DNA from: a virus
DNA length: 64,000 nucleotides
IMG/VR virus record: IMGVR_UViG_3300025101_000019
Location: 32,001-96,000 of that record
Strand: one strand, 5' to 3'
In this document: piece by piece, positions 48,224 to 56,471 of the stretch
Numbering within the stretch: the first letter of the stretch is position 1
Layout of the letters: each line of letters starts with the position of its first letter
Translations under genes and position numbers: made by a program
The notes under the pieces: model-generated
The model's database searches: none
What the model was told of the DNA's origin: nothing
The model's input: only the letters and a program-made list of their open reading frames with translations

Positions 48224-48628
48224 TTAATTTGAATTTAATGCGTAATCACTTACCTTTCTAAATAGCCATGCTTGACCTGCCCCACCTGCGGAGTCTGGCT
48301 TCATAACTACCATTTGCATTCCCTTTAGAAAGAACATCAATCTATATTCCTCATTTTCTTTTTGGACATATAGATACTCTTCTTCTATTGTGAATCTTCC
48401 TGTTGAGGTTTCTTTACCATCTTCTGTATGTGATACTCTTACAAAAGTGTCAGCCGAATCCCCATAGTTCATATACAGAATACTTGACCCATCCCACGAT
48501 GACCAAGTTCCATAAATGTTTTCATTCGATGATTGGAAACCCATCTTAGGTTTCTCATTCTGTGCGTGTGTATTAAGACAATATGTTAGTGTCAATAATA
48601 CAATCATAAATGTGTAAACTTTTTTCAT
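48224..48628 (-). CDS. Secreted beta-barrel (lipocalin-like) protein
   Basis: Start reassigned to MKKVYTF (signal peptide ending THA-Q); IYGTW motif. Confidence 0.5.
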   Translation of the reverse strand: MKKVYTFMIVLLTLTYCLNTHAQNEKPKMGFQSSNENIYGTWSSWDGSSILYMNYGDSADTFVRVSHTEDGKETSTGRFTIEEEYLYVQKENEEYRLMFFLKGMQMVVMKPDSAGGAGQAWLFRKVSDYALNSN

Positions 48629-48918
48629 TACATTAGTGTTTTTACAAAGTGAATCGTCCATGCGATTAATCCATTTAGTTGTAGGGCTACTAAGTTCCAT
48701 TGTTTCCTACTGAATACTTGAACTAATACACAAATGAATCCCATGATAAATAATATAGGTTCAACAGTCCATTGACCTGCCATCAAGAATCCTGCTCCCA
48801 TGTATCCAACTCTTGATGACATTCTTTCCGCGGCAGTAAGCTTTCGTTCTTTAACGAGAGTCTCTAAAAACTTTCGCCATGCTTTTGCTCGTAAGGTCTT
48901 TTTCTTTTTAGATTTCAT
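48628..48918 (-). CDS. Small membrane protein
   Basis: Three hydrophobic segments; KQWNLVALQ. Confidence 0.55.
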   Translation of the reverse strand: MKSKKKKTLRAKAWRKFLETLVKERKLTAAERMSSRVGYMGAGFLMAGQWTVEPILFIMGFICVLVQVFSRKQWNLVALQLNGLIAWTIHFVKTLM

Positions 48919-49498
48919 ATCCTAAATCTCTTCTAATATCTTTTTTAACAACTTGTAAATACTTCCATCGTTTCTTATCACTCACAAATGGTACAGACCA
49001 AAATTGTCTTGTCTTACGCCATCTTGAAAGTTTCCATCCGAATACAAATGTAAATACACCTAGCACCAATCTCAACTTGACTGAGTTGAGATATAAGGTT
49101 CTAACAGGTAGAGATGGTGCTCCATGTGTGATGTATGTTCTTACTTTCTTATCCTTAAGGAATGGTTTAGGATATGCATATAGTTTAGTAATGTTAATAA
49201 ACTTGTATGCGAATCCTGGAGTCAATACCTCATCAAAGAATACTTCCATTCGAGGTGTTAGTCTGAACCACCAAACAGGTGATATAAAATAAATTCTATC
49301 AGACCAAGTTACCAAGTCTTGGTAACCTTTCATTAATTCTTTTCTATCTTCCGAGTGGAAAGTATCTCGGTATAGGTCGATTACTTTTAGCTCTTCCTTA
49401 TCCTTATGCTTTCTCAGTTCTCGTTTAAGAGTCTTGAGAATACCATTGTAACAGAATGACTTCTTATCAGGATGTCCTATAACTATTAGATTCTTCAT
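48908..49498 (-). CDS. Flavodoxin-fold NAD(P)H-dependent oxidoreductase
   Basis: IGHPDKKSFC, DLY, SPVWW, FDEVLTPGFAY, THGAP. Confidence 0.85.
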   Translation of the reverse strand: MKNLIVIGHPDKKSFCYNGILKTLKRELRKHKDKEELKVIDLYRDTFHSEDRKELMKGYQDLVTWSDRIYFISPVWWFRLTPRMEVFFDEVLTPGFAYKFINITKLYAYPKPFLKDKKVRTYITHGAPSLPVRTLYLNSVKLRLVLGVFTFVFGWKLSRWRKTRQFWSVPFVSDKKRWKYLQVVKKDIRRDLGYEI

Positions 49499-50382
49499 TA
49501 GTTGTTTAAAGGTGCTTTGATTCTTGGGTGTGACTGATAGTTGATTAATTCATAATCAAACTCCCCATTCATTATATCTACATTAGATACCTTTAGTTGT
49601 GGCAAGTCGTAACCAATTCTTGTTATTTGTTCTTTTGCTTGTTCAATATGATTATTGTATATGTGTACATCACCCAACGAACCAATCAGTTGGCCAGGTT
49701 TGTATCCAGTTTCTTCACATAGTAATAGTAATAGTGTACCATACGATGCTATGTTGAAAGGTAACCCAAGGAAGACATCAACGCTTCGTTGATTCCATTT
49801 AAGTGATAACTTGTTTTCTGAGTCTACATAACATTGGAATCCATAATGACAGGGAGGTAGTTTCATTAAGGAAAGTTCTGAGACATTCCATGCGCTGACA
49901 AGGTGTCGTCTTCCATGTGGGTCTTCTTTCAATGATTTAATTAAGTTCTTAATTTGGTCATGACCATCCCAATCCTTCCATTGTTTACCATAGATAAACC
50001 CAAGGTTACCCCATTGTTTTGAGAAGCCATCATCCTCTAATATTTTTTGTTCGAATTCTTTGACATCATATTCAGGTTCTTCTAAGTCCCAATGATGTAC
50101 TCGTTCATATACTTTGTATGCATCGCCAGTCCAGATGTGACAATTGTTTTGTAACAAGTATCTCAAATCAGTCCTACCTTTTAAGAACCATTTAAGTTCA
50201 GTCATTACAGATTTGACTGCCATCTTCTTGGTAGTTAACAAAGGAAATCCATCACACATACAATGTCTGATTGTGTAATCAAATAAAGATTTAGTTCCGT
50301 AGCCAGTTCTGTCGGGCTTATCGTAACCGATATCTAAAATTTCATCTATTAGGTCTATGTATTGACTATCTATTCTATTCAT
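49498..50382 (-). CDS. thyA: Thymidylate synthase
   Basis: DRTGYGT, GFPLLTTKK, YGKQW, RRHLVSAWN, LPPCH, QRSVDVFLGLPFNIASY, GDVHIYNNH. Promoter at 50401-50432. Confidence 0.96.
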   Translation of the reverse strand: MNRIDSQYIDLIDEILDIGYDKPDRTGYGTKSLFDYTIRHCMCDGFPLLTTKKMAVKSVMTELKWFLKGRTDLRYLLQNNCHIWTGDAYKVYERVHHWDLEEPEYDVKEFEQKILEDDGFSKQWGNLGFIYGKQWKDWDGHDQIKNLIKSLKEDPHGRRHLVSAWNVSELSLMKLPPCHYGFQCYVDSENKLSLKWNQRSVDVFLGLPFNIASYGTLLLLLCEETGYKPGQLIGSLGDVHIYNNHIEQAKEQITRIGYDLPQLKVSNVDIMNGEFDYELINYQSHPRIKAPLNN

Positions 50383-50433
50383 GATTCTATATTACATTGT
50401 GTAATATACAAATTTATTTTGACTTATCCAAAT

Positions 50434-50712
50434 TTATTTTTGGTTTTTTGATTTGAATCTTTTTGCTTCAGATGTTTTACTATGTTTAGTCTTTCTACCC
50501 TTGACTCTTTTACGCCATCTTTCAAACGAACTCCTCTTCAGATTCTCTCTCATAATCTTACGGACATCATTCTCTTTGATTCCGAACTGATGTTCAATTG
50601 CCTCAAAGGGAGTCCTATCTTCCCATGCCATTTCTATGATTCTATCTATATCTAAAGTGTAACTCATAACCGATGATAGTCCCGAGTAGGAACAATTAAA
50701 TTTTGATTCCAT
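50434..50712 (-). CDS. TIGR03643/DUF2805-like protein
   Basis: IDRIIEMAWEDRTPFEAI..QFG....VRKIMR..LKRSSF.RWRKRV. Confidence 0.8.
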   Translation of the reverse strand: MESKFNCSYSGLSSVMSYTLDIDRIIEMAWEDRTPFEAIEHQFGIKENDVRKIMRENLKRSSFERWRKRVKGRKTKHSKTSEAKRFKSKNQK

Positions 50713-50887
50713 GTTTCTTTTTATATTTTTCTAAGAATGATTCACCAACTCCGACATCTAATATCTTACTACCGATTGGTATCTTTGTACTACGAGGAGC
50801 CAGTAACTTATCGACATGAATGTCGAATGACTCTACTCTAACCTTCCTACCTCGTGGTGGAATGTATGCTACTATTGTTTTATTCAT
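50696..50887 (-). CDS. Hypothetical protein
   Basis: Tightly packed ORF. Confidence 0.5.
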   Translation of the reverse strand: MNKTIVAYIPPRGRKVRVESFDIHVDKLLAPRSTKIPIGSKILDVGVGESFLEKYKKKHGIKI

Positions 50888-51162
50888 AAGTGTTTATTTT
50901 CTAAATGAATTATTTTTCCTAAATGAAGTTCCCACTTGTCTGTAAGTTTTTTATCGATACACTCGACTACCATATGTGTGGGGTTCTTGTGATATGCGTA
51001 CTGAAAGTATATGTACTTGATATGTTTATCTTTCAGCCGTTTAGTCCAATAGGGTGTGTTGTCTCTGTACTCTATTGGTTTAGTCCCATTCATGATTCTT
51101 TCAAATGGGTCTCTCATCAAAACTAAATGTAAAACTTCTTTATCTTTCCAAATCATTTCCAA
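50884..51162 (-). CDS. ASCH-domain protein
   Basis: LHLVL..PFERIMNGTKPIEYR. Confidence 0.75.
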   Translation of the reverse strand: MEMIWKDKEVLHLVLMRDPFERIMNGTKPIEYRDNTPYWTKRLKDKHIKYIYFQYAYHKNPTHMVVECIDKKLTDKWELHLGKIIHLENKHL

Positions 51163-51389
51163 GGTAGCATTGTCATGCCGATTTTATTTAGTAAGGTTTC
51201 TAATATACAGAAGAATAACATTCCTACTCCTACTTGCCACATCCACCATTTCCATCCTGTTAGTCCTAATGACCATTTACGAATTGGTGACTTCATCGCC
51301 CATTCATATAGACCAGACCTTTCACCAATCTTGGTTGCCCAATAATTAGGGTCAACTATGTTCTGTATCCGTTCTAATATTTTTTTCAT
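51153..51389 (-). CDS. Trp-rich small membrane protein
   Basis: C-terminal hydrophobic helix. Confidence 0.5.
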   Translation of the reverse strand: MKKILERIQNIVDPNYWATKIGERSGLYEWAMKSPIRKWSLGLTGWKWWMWQVGVGMLFFCILETLLNKIGMTMLPWK

Positions 51390-51508
51390 TTCTTTTTCTT
51401 TTTTGGAATTACATTTCCGTTCTCGTCAACCTCAGGTGCGATTTTCATTTCATAAAAAATCCATAACCAAATAACACCTAATGTTATAAATACTACTTTT
51501 GCCATAAT

Positions 51509-51925
51509 CTAATCTTTGTATCTTTTTTTCTTTGGTTGGAATATAGGTATCGTTACCGACATACTTATTCCACCAAGACCTGTTGCGAATATATCTCTTT
51601 CATCGAAATCACCACCCCTTATATTATCAAGTAATTCTTTTGCAACTCCTGCAGCCAATGATGTACATAAGCCAGTTATCATCGCCCTCTTTTTATCTTG
51701 ATGTTTATTGTAAGACCATGTGTAACCTAATGCTGATGTAACTACCCCTGCACTAAAGTGTAATTGTTTATCATTTTCTTTTAACAATACAAATGGATTG
51801 TATGTTGTTTGACCAAACATTGTGGTCTTAATAAATAATATAAGTGTGATTATGAATAGTGTTCTCAAGATGATTGCCCCTATTTGTTTGAGATTCACCA
51901 TAACTTGTTTATTATATATATTCAC
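51509..51925 (-). CDS. YfiM/DUF2279-like membrane protein
   Basis: DKQLHFSAG, AGVAKELLD, GDFD..DIFATGLG. Confidence 0.65.
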   Translation of the reverse strand: MNIYNKQVMVNLKQIGAIILRTLFIITLILFIKTTMFGQTTYNPFVLLKENDKQLHFSAGVVTSALGYTWSYNKHQDKKRAMITGLCTSLAAGVAKELLDNIRGGDFDERDIFATGLGGISMSVTIPIFQPKKKRYKD

Positions 51926-52044
51926 TTTTCGTTATTACTATTTGTTAATATAAAATTTTTTATATAAAAACTCTACCCCCTGCGCGTAGTATCATTTCAT
52001 CACCTGTGACGACTTACGGGGTTCGAGTTAAAGTTTGTTTATTC

Positions 52045-52236
52045 TTATAGTTCGTTTATCTGTCCTTGGCCAGTCCTATCTACCTTGAAACCAATAACAG
52101 GTTTGTATCCAGTCAACTTGTTTTGATGTTGCTGAATCAGTTGTTTAGTTAGTACTAACTTCTCAACATCCTTTTCCGTTTCTATCCAATCCATGAATAG
52201 TTTAGTTAACATATAATTCTTAATTGTTTTAATCAT
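52045..52236 (-). CDS. Hypothetical protein
   Basis: ORF with C-terminal PVIGFK. Confidence 0.45.
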   Translation of the reverse strand: MIKTIKNYMLTKLFMDWIETEKDVEKLVLTKQLIQQHQNKLTGYKPVIGFKVDRTGQGQINEL

Positions 52237-52339
52237 AATTTTTAATTTTTATTTATAGTGTTCGTCTAATAACATCATAGCGACCTCTTCACTAATCATG
52301 TTTTCGTTATATAGTTTCCAAATTAATTTTGTCATAATA

Positions 52340-52738
52340 TTAAATAAATAATTTGTAATCCTTTTCAGCTTTGGTAGCCGCTACCTCATATGGGTGAGAC
52401 ACATAGTCGTGACCCATATTGTAATATCTCTTAAACCAAATTGGTGATTGTAGATAATGTTGGTACTCGTGAATCAGAGTCTCGACTATCATCTTTCTAC
52501 TTTTCATATTAGGATAGTAGATAGTAATCTCATTCATCATTGAACAATACTCAGCGTGACAACCATCCTCATCACCTTGAGCACCTTCTTCACCACTATA
52601 CTTTTCGTATATGTTTTTGTGAAGTTCTACATAAGGAGTACATTCTTGAAACTTGGAAAAGCCATAATGCTTTTCAATCTTAGGATAAATTTCCTCAATT
52701 ATCTGTTTTACTTTTTTTTCTGTCATAGACTTAATCAT
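52340..52738 (-). CDS. Zincin-like HExxH protein
   Basis: TLIHEYQHYLQ, HPYEVAA. Confidence 0.7.
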   Translation of the reverse strand: MIKSMTEKKVKQIIEEIYPKIEKHYGFSKFQECTPYVELHKNIYEKYSGEEGAQGDEDGCHAEYCSMMNEITIYYPNMKSRKMIVETLIHEYQHYLQSPIWFKRYYNMGHDYVSHPYEVAATKAEKDYKLFI

Positions 52739-52748
52739 TATTACAATA

Positions 52749-52804
52749 TAAAAGTACGCAAAACATTTGACTTTTCCAAATTTTCAATGTTAAGAAATTG
52801 TTAA
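52749..52804 (-). promoter_or_regulatory. Promoter with phased TTAACA-N5-TTAACA box
   Basis: TTAACA-N5-TTAACA-N7-TTTG-N20-TACTTTTA. Confidence 0.7.
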
Positions 52805-54201
52805 ATTTTGCCTACAATCTTTGGACCTGATAGAGGCATCTCTACATAACCAAACTCTGGATACCTAAGTAGGTGTTCCATCTCGTCATAGTAAACCTTG
52901 TCCAAGTGTTGTGGTCTCGTTAACCTCATCCATAACTTAGTCCAGTTCTTCTGATTCTTAATCGTGTTGTGATATACAACTACTTTGATTCGAGTCTGTA
53001 CTGACTTACCACTAGCGATTCTCTGAACTTGTTCATTAATGTACTTGTCCATCCATCTATCAAGAGTCGGTGCACCCGATGCGCCATAGATAACAAACAC
53101 ATCATCGTTAGTTAGTCTTGCAACTTTCTTCAAGACTAAATCCTTGTGAGTGTCTTCGTAATCATAAACCATTTGATTACTATCTTCCAACAACTTCTTG
53201 TCGAGGTTGTCTTGTACTTTGTCAAATACACCATCAACTTGTCCTGATGTTAATCCCATCAACATGAATCGTTGTCTCATACCAATAGTCTTCCACGAGT
53301 GTCCTGCCTTGTGGTGTTCCATACACTCATCAATAGCATCTTGTTTACTGAATGACTTACCTACATTAAAGTCTGCGTTGAGGTTATTACCTAACATCTG
53401 AACTTCAGTCTCTTGCATCAGAGAGTGAATGTCCTCATCAAGTATGAGACACTTTATCATAGTGTTCTCGGTGTGACCGATGTTCTCATCTCTCGTCTTC
53501 CAATATGCAGTCCTTGTGTGATTACCACTAATAAGGATTAACTCATGAAACTGACCATTGATAGTGACATCCTTTAATAATACAGGCATATCGTAGTTAC
53601 CGATTTTGTTTCTTAACCTATCAACAATCTTTGATAGATTGTCGTGGTCTATCTCAAGTTTACGAACTTGCCACTTACCTACATGGTACAAATCCTTGAC
53701 AGACATTTCAACAATGTGTGTCTCGTTAATGTATTCAAGTTCTGAATCTAAGATGAGGTTGGTGTGTTTACGAAAGTCATCGATTTCTACCATCAACCTA
53801 TTTACTAACTTCATGTTCAGTTCCTTCTTACCAGGATGACCATTGTGTTTGTTGTAGTACTTAGGGTTGTTCTTAGCGTCAACCTTTGTCAACAACTCAT
53901 ACTCAACTTGTTTACACTCTTCTACCGAACCCCAATATAGGATATGGTATTCGAATAAACCAACTGCGTCACTTGCGAGAAGTTCTTTGAACACTTTGTT
54001 AGTAGATGATGTACCATAGAGTTTGTTACCTTCTTTGTGGTAACCAATGTAAATCATCTTGTCTTGTGTATTGACTATCATATACACATAAGAGTTACAA
54101 CCATTTTTTGTACGAGGCCCTTCAGGTCGTAAGAAGATTTCGGGCCTTGTGGTATCGTCAAACATTAGTTCGAGATTCCACCCATTAGCTGTTCTAGCCA
54201 T
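52801..54201 (-). CDS. GIY-YIG (Seg-like) nuclease fused to a ParB/Srx-like domain
   Basis: YVYMIVN..DKMIYIGYH..YGTSS...E.ELL...YYN; later PVLL...LISGNHTRTA. Promoter at 54256-54287. Confidence 0.6.
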   Translation of the reverse strand: MARTANGWNLELMFDDTTRPEIFLRPEGPRTKNGCNSYVYMIVNTQDKMIYIGYHKEGNKLYGTSSTNKVFKELLASDAVGLFEYHILYWGSVEECKQVEYELLTKVDAKNNPKYYNKHNGHPGKKELNMKLVNRLMVEIDDFRKHTNLILDSELEYINETHIVEMSVKDLYHVGKWQVRKLEIDHDNLSKIVDRLRNKIGNYDMPVLLKDVTINGQFHELILISGNHTRTAYWKTRDENIGHTENTMIKCLILDEDIHSLMQETEVQMLGNNLNADFNVGKSFSKQDAIDECMEHHKAGHSWKTIGMRQRFMLMGLTSGQVDGVFDKVQDNLDKKLLEDSNQMVYDYEDTHKDLVLKKVARLTNDDVFVIYGASGAPTLDRWMDKYINEQVQRIASGKSVQTRIKVVVYHNTIKNQKNWTKLWMRLTRPQHLDKVYYDEMEHLLRYPEFGYVEMPLSGPKIVGKI

Positions 54202-54291
54202 AATTTAAGTATTAAAATTTATAATTAACCGCCTGCCTTTCTGACAAACTTAGTACTAATATACAACAATAAAATTTAACTGGCAAGCTTT

Positions 54292-54630
54292 TTAGATAAA
54301 ACTTTTAAATAAAGTTGAGGTGTGACCTTCTTCCCATCCTTTATCTTTATAAAACTGATGTGTAGTAGGAAGGCAATATGTAATTACTTTATATCCTTTT
54401 AGATTTTCTTGACACCATTCCCATCTTGCATCCCACAACATTCTGTAAATACCATTACCTCGGTACTTCTCTTCTACATATGCGTTTGCGAACTTGATGG
54501 TATTGTCAGATAAGAATAATAGAGAGTTCCAACCAATAGCTTGATTGTTATATAACGCAATCCATCCACACTCGTCCTTCGGAGTGGGTACAGACTCGGG
54601 CAACTTGTAGGGTACTATCGTTATATTCAT
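54292..54630 (-). CDS. GNAT-family acetyltransferase
   Basis: AYVEEKYRGNGIY; FYKDKGW. Confidence 0.8.
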   Translation of the reverse strand: MNITIVPYKLPESVPTPKDECGWIALYNNQAIGWNSLLFLSDNTIKFANAYVEEKYRGNGIYRMLWDARWEWCQENLKGYKVITYCLPTTHQFYKDKGWEEGHTSTLFKSFI

Positions 54631-54687
54631 TCTCGTTTCTCATAAAGAAATAAATATATGGAAAAGTTATTAACAGGTTATTAACAA

Positions 54688-55557
54688 TTAGTTTCCACCT
54701 CTTTTACTCGAAGATACATTTGAACGCCCACCTGATGACCTTGAACTATTATTTCTTATAACAGGAGTACTCGTGTTTATCCTTGTTGGATTTTGACGAG
54801 GTGTCCAATTGTTGTTATTGTTGTTCGATGGTGGATTAACTCTGATGTTGTTATTAGTATCAGTTGGTTTTATATATCGAGTCCCATCTTGAGGAACTAC
54901 ATAATTGTTTACAGGAATGTTATTGTCCCTGCTCCATCTGATAACATTATTGATTTCTCTATTTGCATTTGAGTTAGGTCTTACTCTGTTAACTCTATTA
55001 GTGTCTTGGATGTTTTGGATTCGAGAACCTCTATATCCATTTACAAATGAATAGTTAGTTGATGCAATCAATGGTTCTGTATAATGAGAGTATCCGTAAT
55101 GATTCCAACTATACCAACCTTGTGGATGTGGATAATACCATTGGTAGTATCGGTGATGTCTAACACGATATGGATGATAGTATCCAAACCAAGGATAGTT
55201 AAACGCCCAATCGTTCCAGTATTGGTGTGAATTAAAATAAAAATCAAAAGATGTTTGAGGATACCATATACCATTATAACGAGGATGTCTATTATACCAA
55301 TACATAGAGTAAGGTTGATTACTCATATACTGAGCAAAGTCCCATCTAAAGTTAAAATCAGTTCTTAGTTTTCTTCTCAGTTGAAATAGATTAGATATAG
55401 TATCTATCTTTGTTGAATCAGGAACTACAATAGTATAATCGTTAGTTCTGTAAATACCATCAATGTTACCAGCGGTGTTAAGAGTACTATATTGAAATTG
55501 TAATCCACAACCACTTAGTAACAAGACGATAAAAATAAGTTGAATAAGCTTTCTCAT
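54688..55557 (-). CDS. Lipoprotein with aromatic-rich core and N/R/S-rich disordered tail
   Basis: Signal peptide II lipobox LLLSG-C; Y/W/H-rich middle; low-complexity C-terminus. Confidence 0.7.
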   Translation of the reverse strand: MRKLIQLIFIVLLLSGCGLQFQYSTLNTAGNIDGIYRTNDYTIVVPDSTKIDTISNLFQLRRKLRTDFNFRWDFAQYMSNQPYSMYWYNRHPRYNGIWYPQTSFDFYFNSHQYWNDWAFNYPWFGYYHPYRVRHHRYYQWYYPHPQGWYSWNHYGYSHYTEPLIASTNYSFVNGYRGSRIQNIQDTNRVNRVRPNSNANREINNVIRWSRDNNIPVNNYVVPQDGTRYIKPTDTNNNIRVNPPSNNNNNNWTPRQNPTRINTSTPVIRNNSSRSSGGRSNVSSSKRGGN

Positions 55558-55585
55558 ATAATGATAAATATGAGAATTTTATTAA

Positions 55586-55765
55586 TTACATCTTAAAGGT
55601 AAGAATGTTAGACTTTAAACTATAAGATTTAGCAGGTACACCAAATCGCCAGAAACAATACTTTGTTGCCTCATCCACTTCGGACTTTGTTATGTTACCT
55701 ACCTTCTTATACATTACCACCTTTTTAGACTTCGGCTTCCAAGTTACATTTACACCTTTTAGCAT
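55586..55765 (-). CDS. 59-aa basic hypothetical protein
   Basis: Not in ORF track. MLKGVNVTWKPKSKKVV...NILTFKM. Confidence 0.45.
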   Translation of the reverse strand: MLKGVNVTWKPKSKKVVMYKKVGNITKSEVDEATKYCFWRFGVPAKSYSLKSNILTFKM

Positions 55766-55816
55766 ATTATTGATTTATTAATTGACATCTCATTATGGGG
55801 AGATGAATACCCTTAG

Positions 55817-55902
55817 TACCGATGGGCGGATTCGAACCGCCACGAACATTACTGCTCAAAGGATTTTAAGTCCTTCGTGTCTACCAGTTTCACCACATCG
55901 GC
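55817..55902 (-). tRNA. tRNA-Leu(TAA)
   Basis: GCCGATG/CATCGGT; AAGGA-CTTAAAA-TCCTT; long variable arm; TTCGAAT. Confidence 0.93.
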
Positions 55903-55910
55903 ATCTCGTG

Positions 55911-55984
55911 TGTTCCCAAGAGGACTCGAACCTCTGACCTATCCGTTATGAGCGGAGTGCTCTAACCAACTGAGCTATGAGAAC
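55911..55984 (-). tRNA. tRNA with CAT anticodon (elongator Met or Ile2)
   Basis: GTTCTCA/TGGGAAC; TCCG-CTCATAA-CGGA. Lacks the initiator 3 G-C pairs. Confidence 0.9.
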
Positions 55985-55995
55985 GACAACGATAG

Positions 55996-56069
55996 TGAAC
56001 GAGACAGGATTCGAACCTGTGACCGTCTGCTTAGAAGGCAGATGCTCTATCCAACTGAGCTACTCGTCC
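55996..56069 (-). tRNA. tRNA-Arg(TCT)
   Basis: GGACGAG/CTCGTTC; TCTGC-CTTCTAA-GCAGA; A20. Confidence 0.94.
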
Positions 56070-56176
56070 ATGATTTCAAAGAACAAAAATTGTGTGGACA
56101 TCAAAGATACTAATACTACTACATAGGTATAGACTAATAATAATCCAGCTAACAATTATAAGGTATAGTATATAGA

Positions 56177-56407
56177 CTAATAAAACATTCTATTCCAAGT
56201 TAACCAAGAAGGTTCACTAACCTTAACTCCACCTCTAAGGACAATACATCTGTTACCATCCTTACTCACACTAACCAACTTATTGTCTCCACAATAGTCT
56301 TGACCGATAGCAGCTCTTAACTCTCCTATCTTATCAAACCCATCAATAGGGTCACTTATACTTAAATTTATCATATTCATTCGTTTAAAGGTTTTACTCT
56401 CACTCAT
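56177..56407 (-). CDS. Hypothetical protein
   Basis: Start reassigned downstream of the promoter at 56416-56471. Confidence 0.5.
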   Translation of the reverse strand: MSESKTFKRMNMINLSISDPIDGFDKIGELRAAIGQDYCGDNKLVSVSKDGNRCIVLRGGVKVSEPSWLTWNRMFY

Positions 56408-56415
56408 TAACAATA

Positions 56416-56471
56416 CTAAGATACGCAAACAATTCCCAAATTCCAAACTTTTAATGTTAAATAATTGTTAA
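56416..56471 (-). promoter_or_regulatory. Promoter with phased TTAACA-N5-TTAACA box
   Basis: TTAACA-N5-TTAACA-N7-TTTG-N20-TATCTTAG; upstream of an ORF and the tRNA cluster. Confidence 0.7.

Noticed and set aside
54292-54630. GNAT as the acceptor enzyme for the atypical Gly-tRNAs
   Set aside because: It has an ordinary acetyl-CoA-binding RGNG motif and lies 10 kb away; nothing links it specifically.
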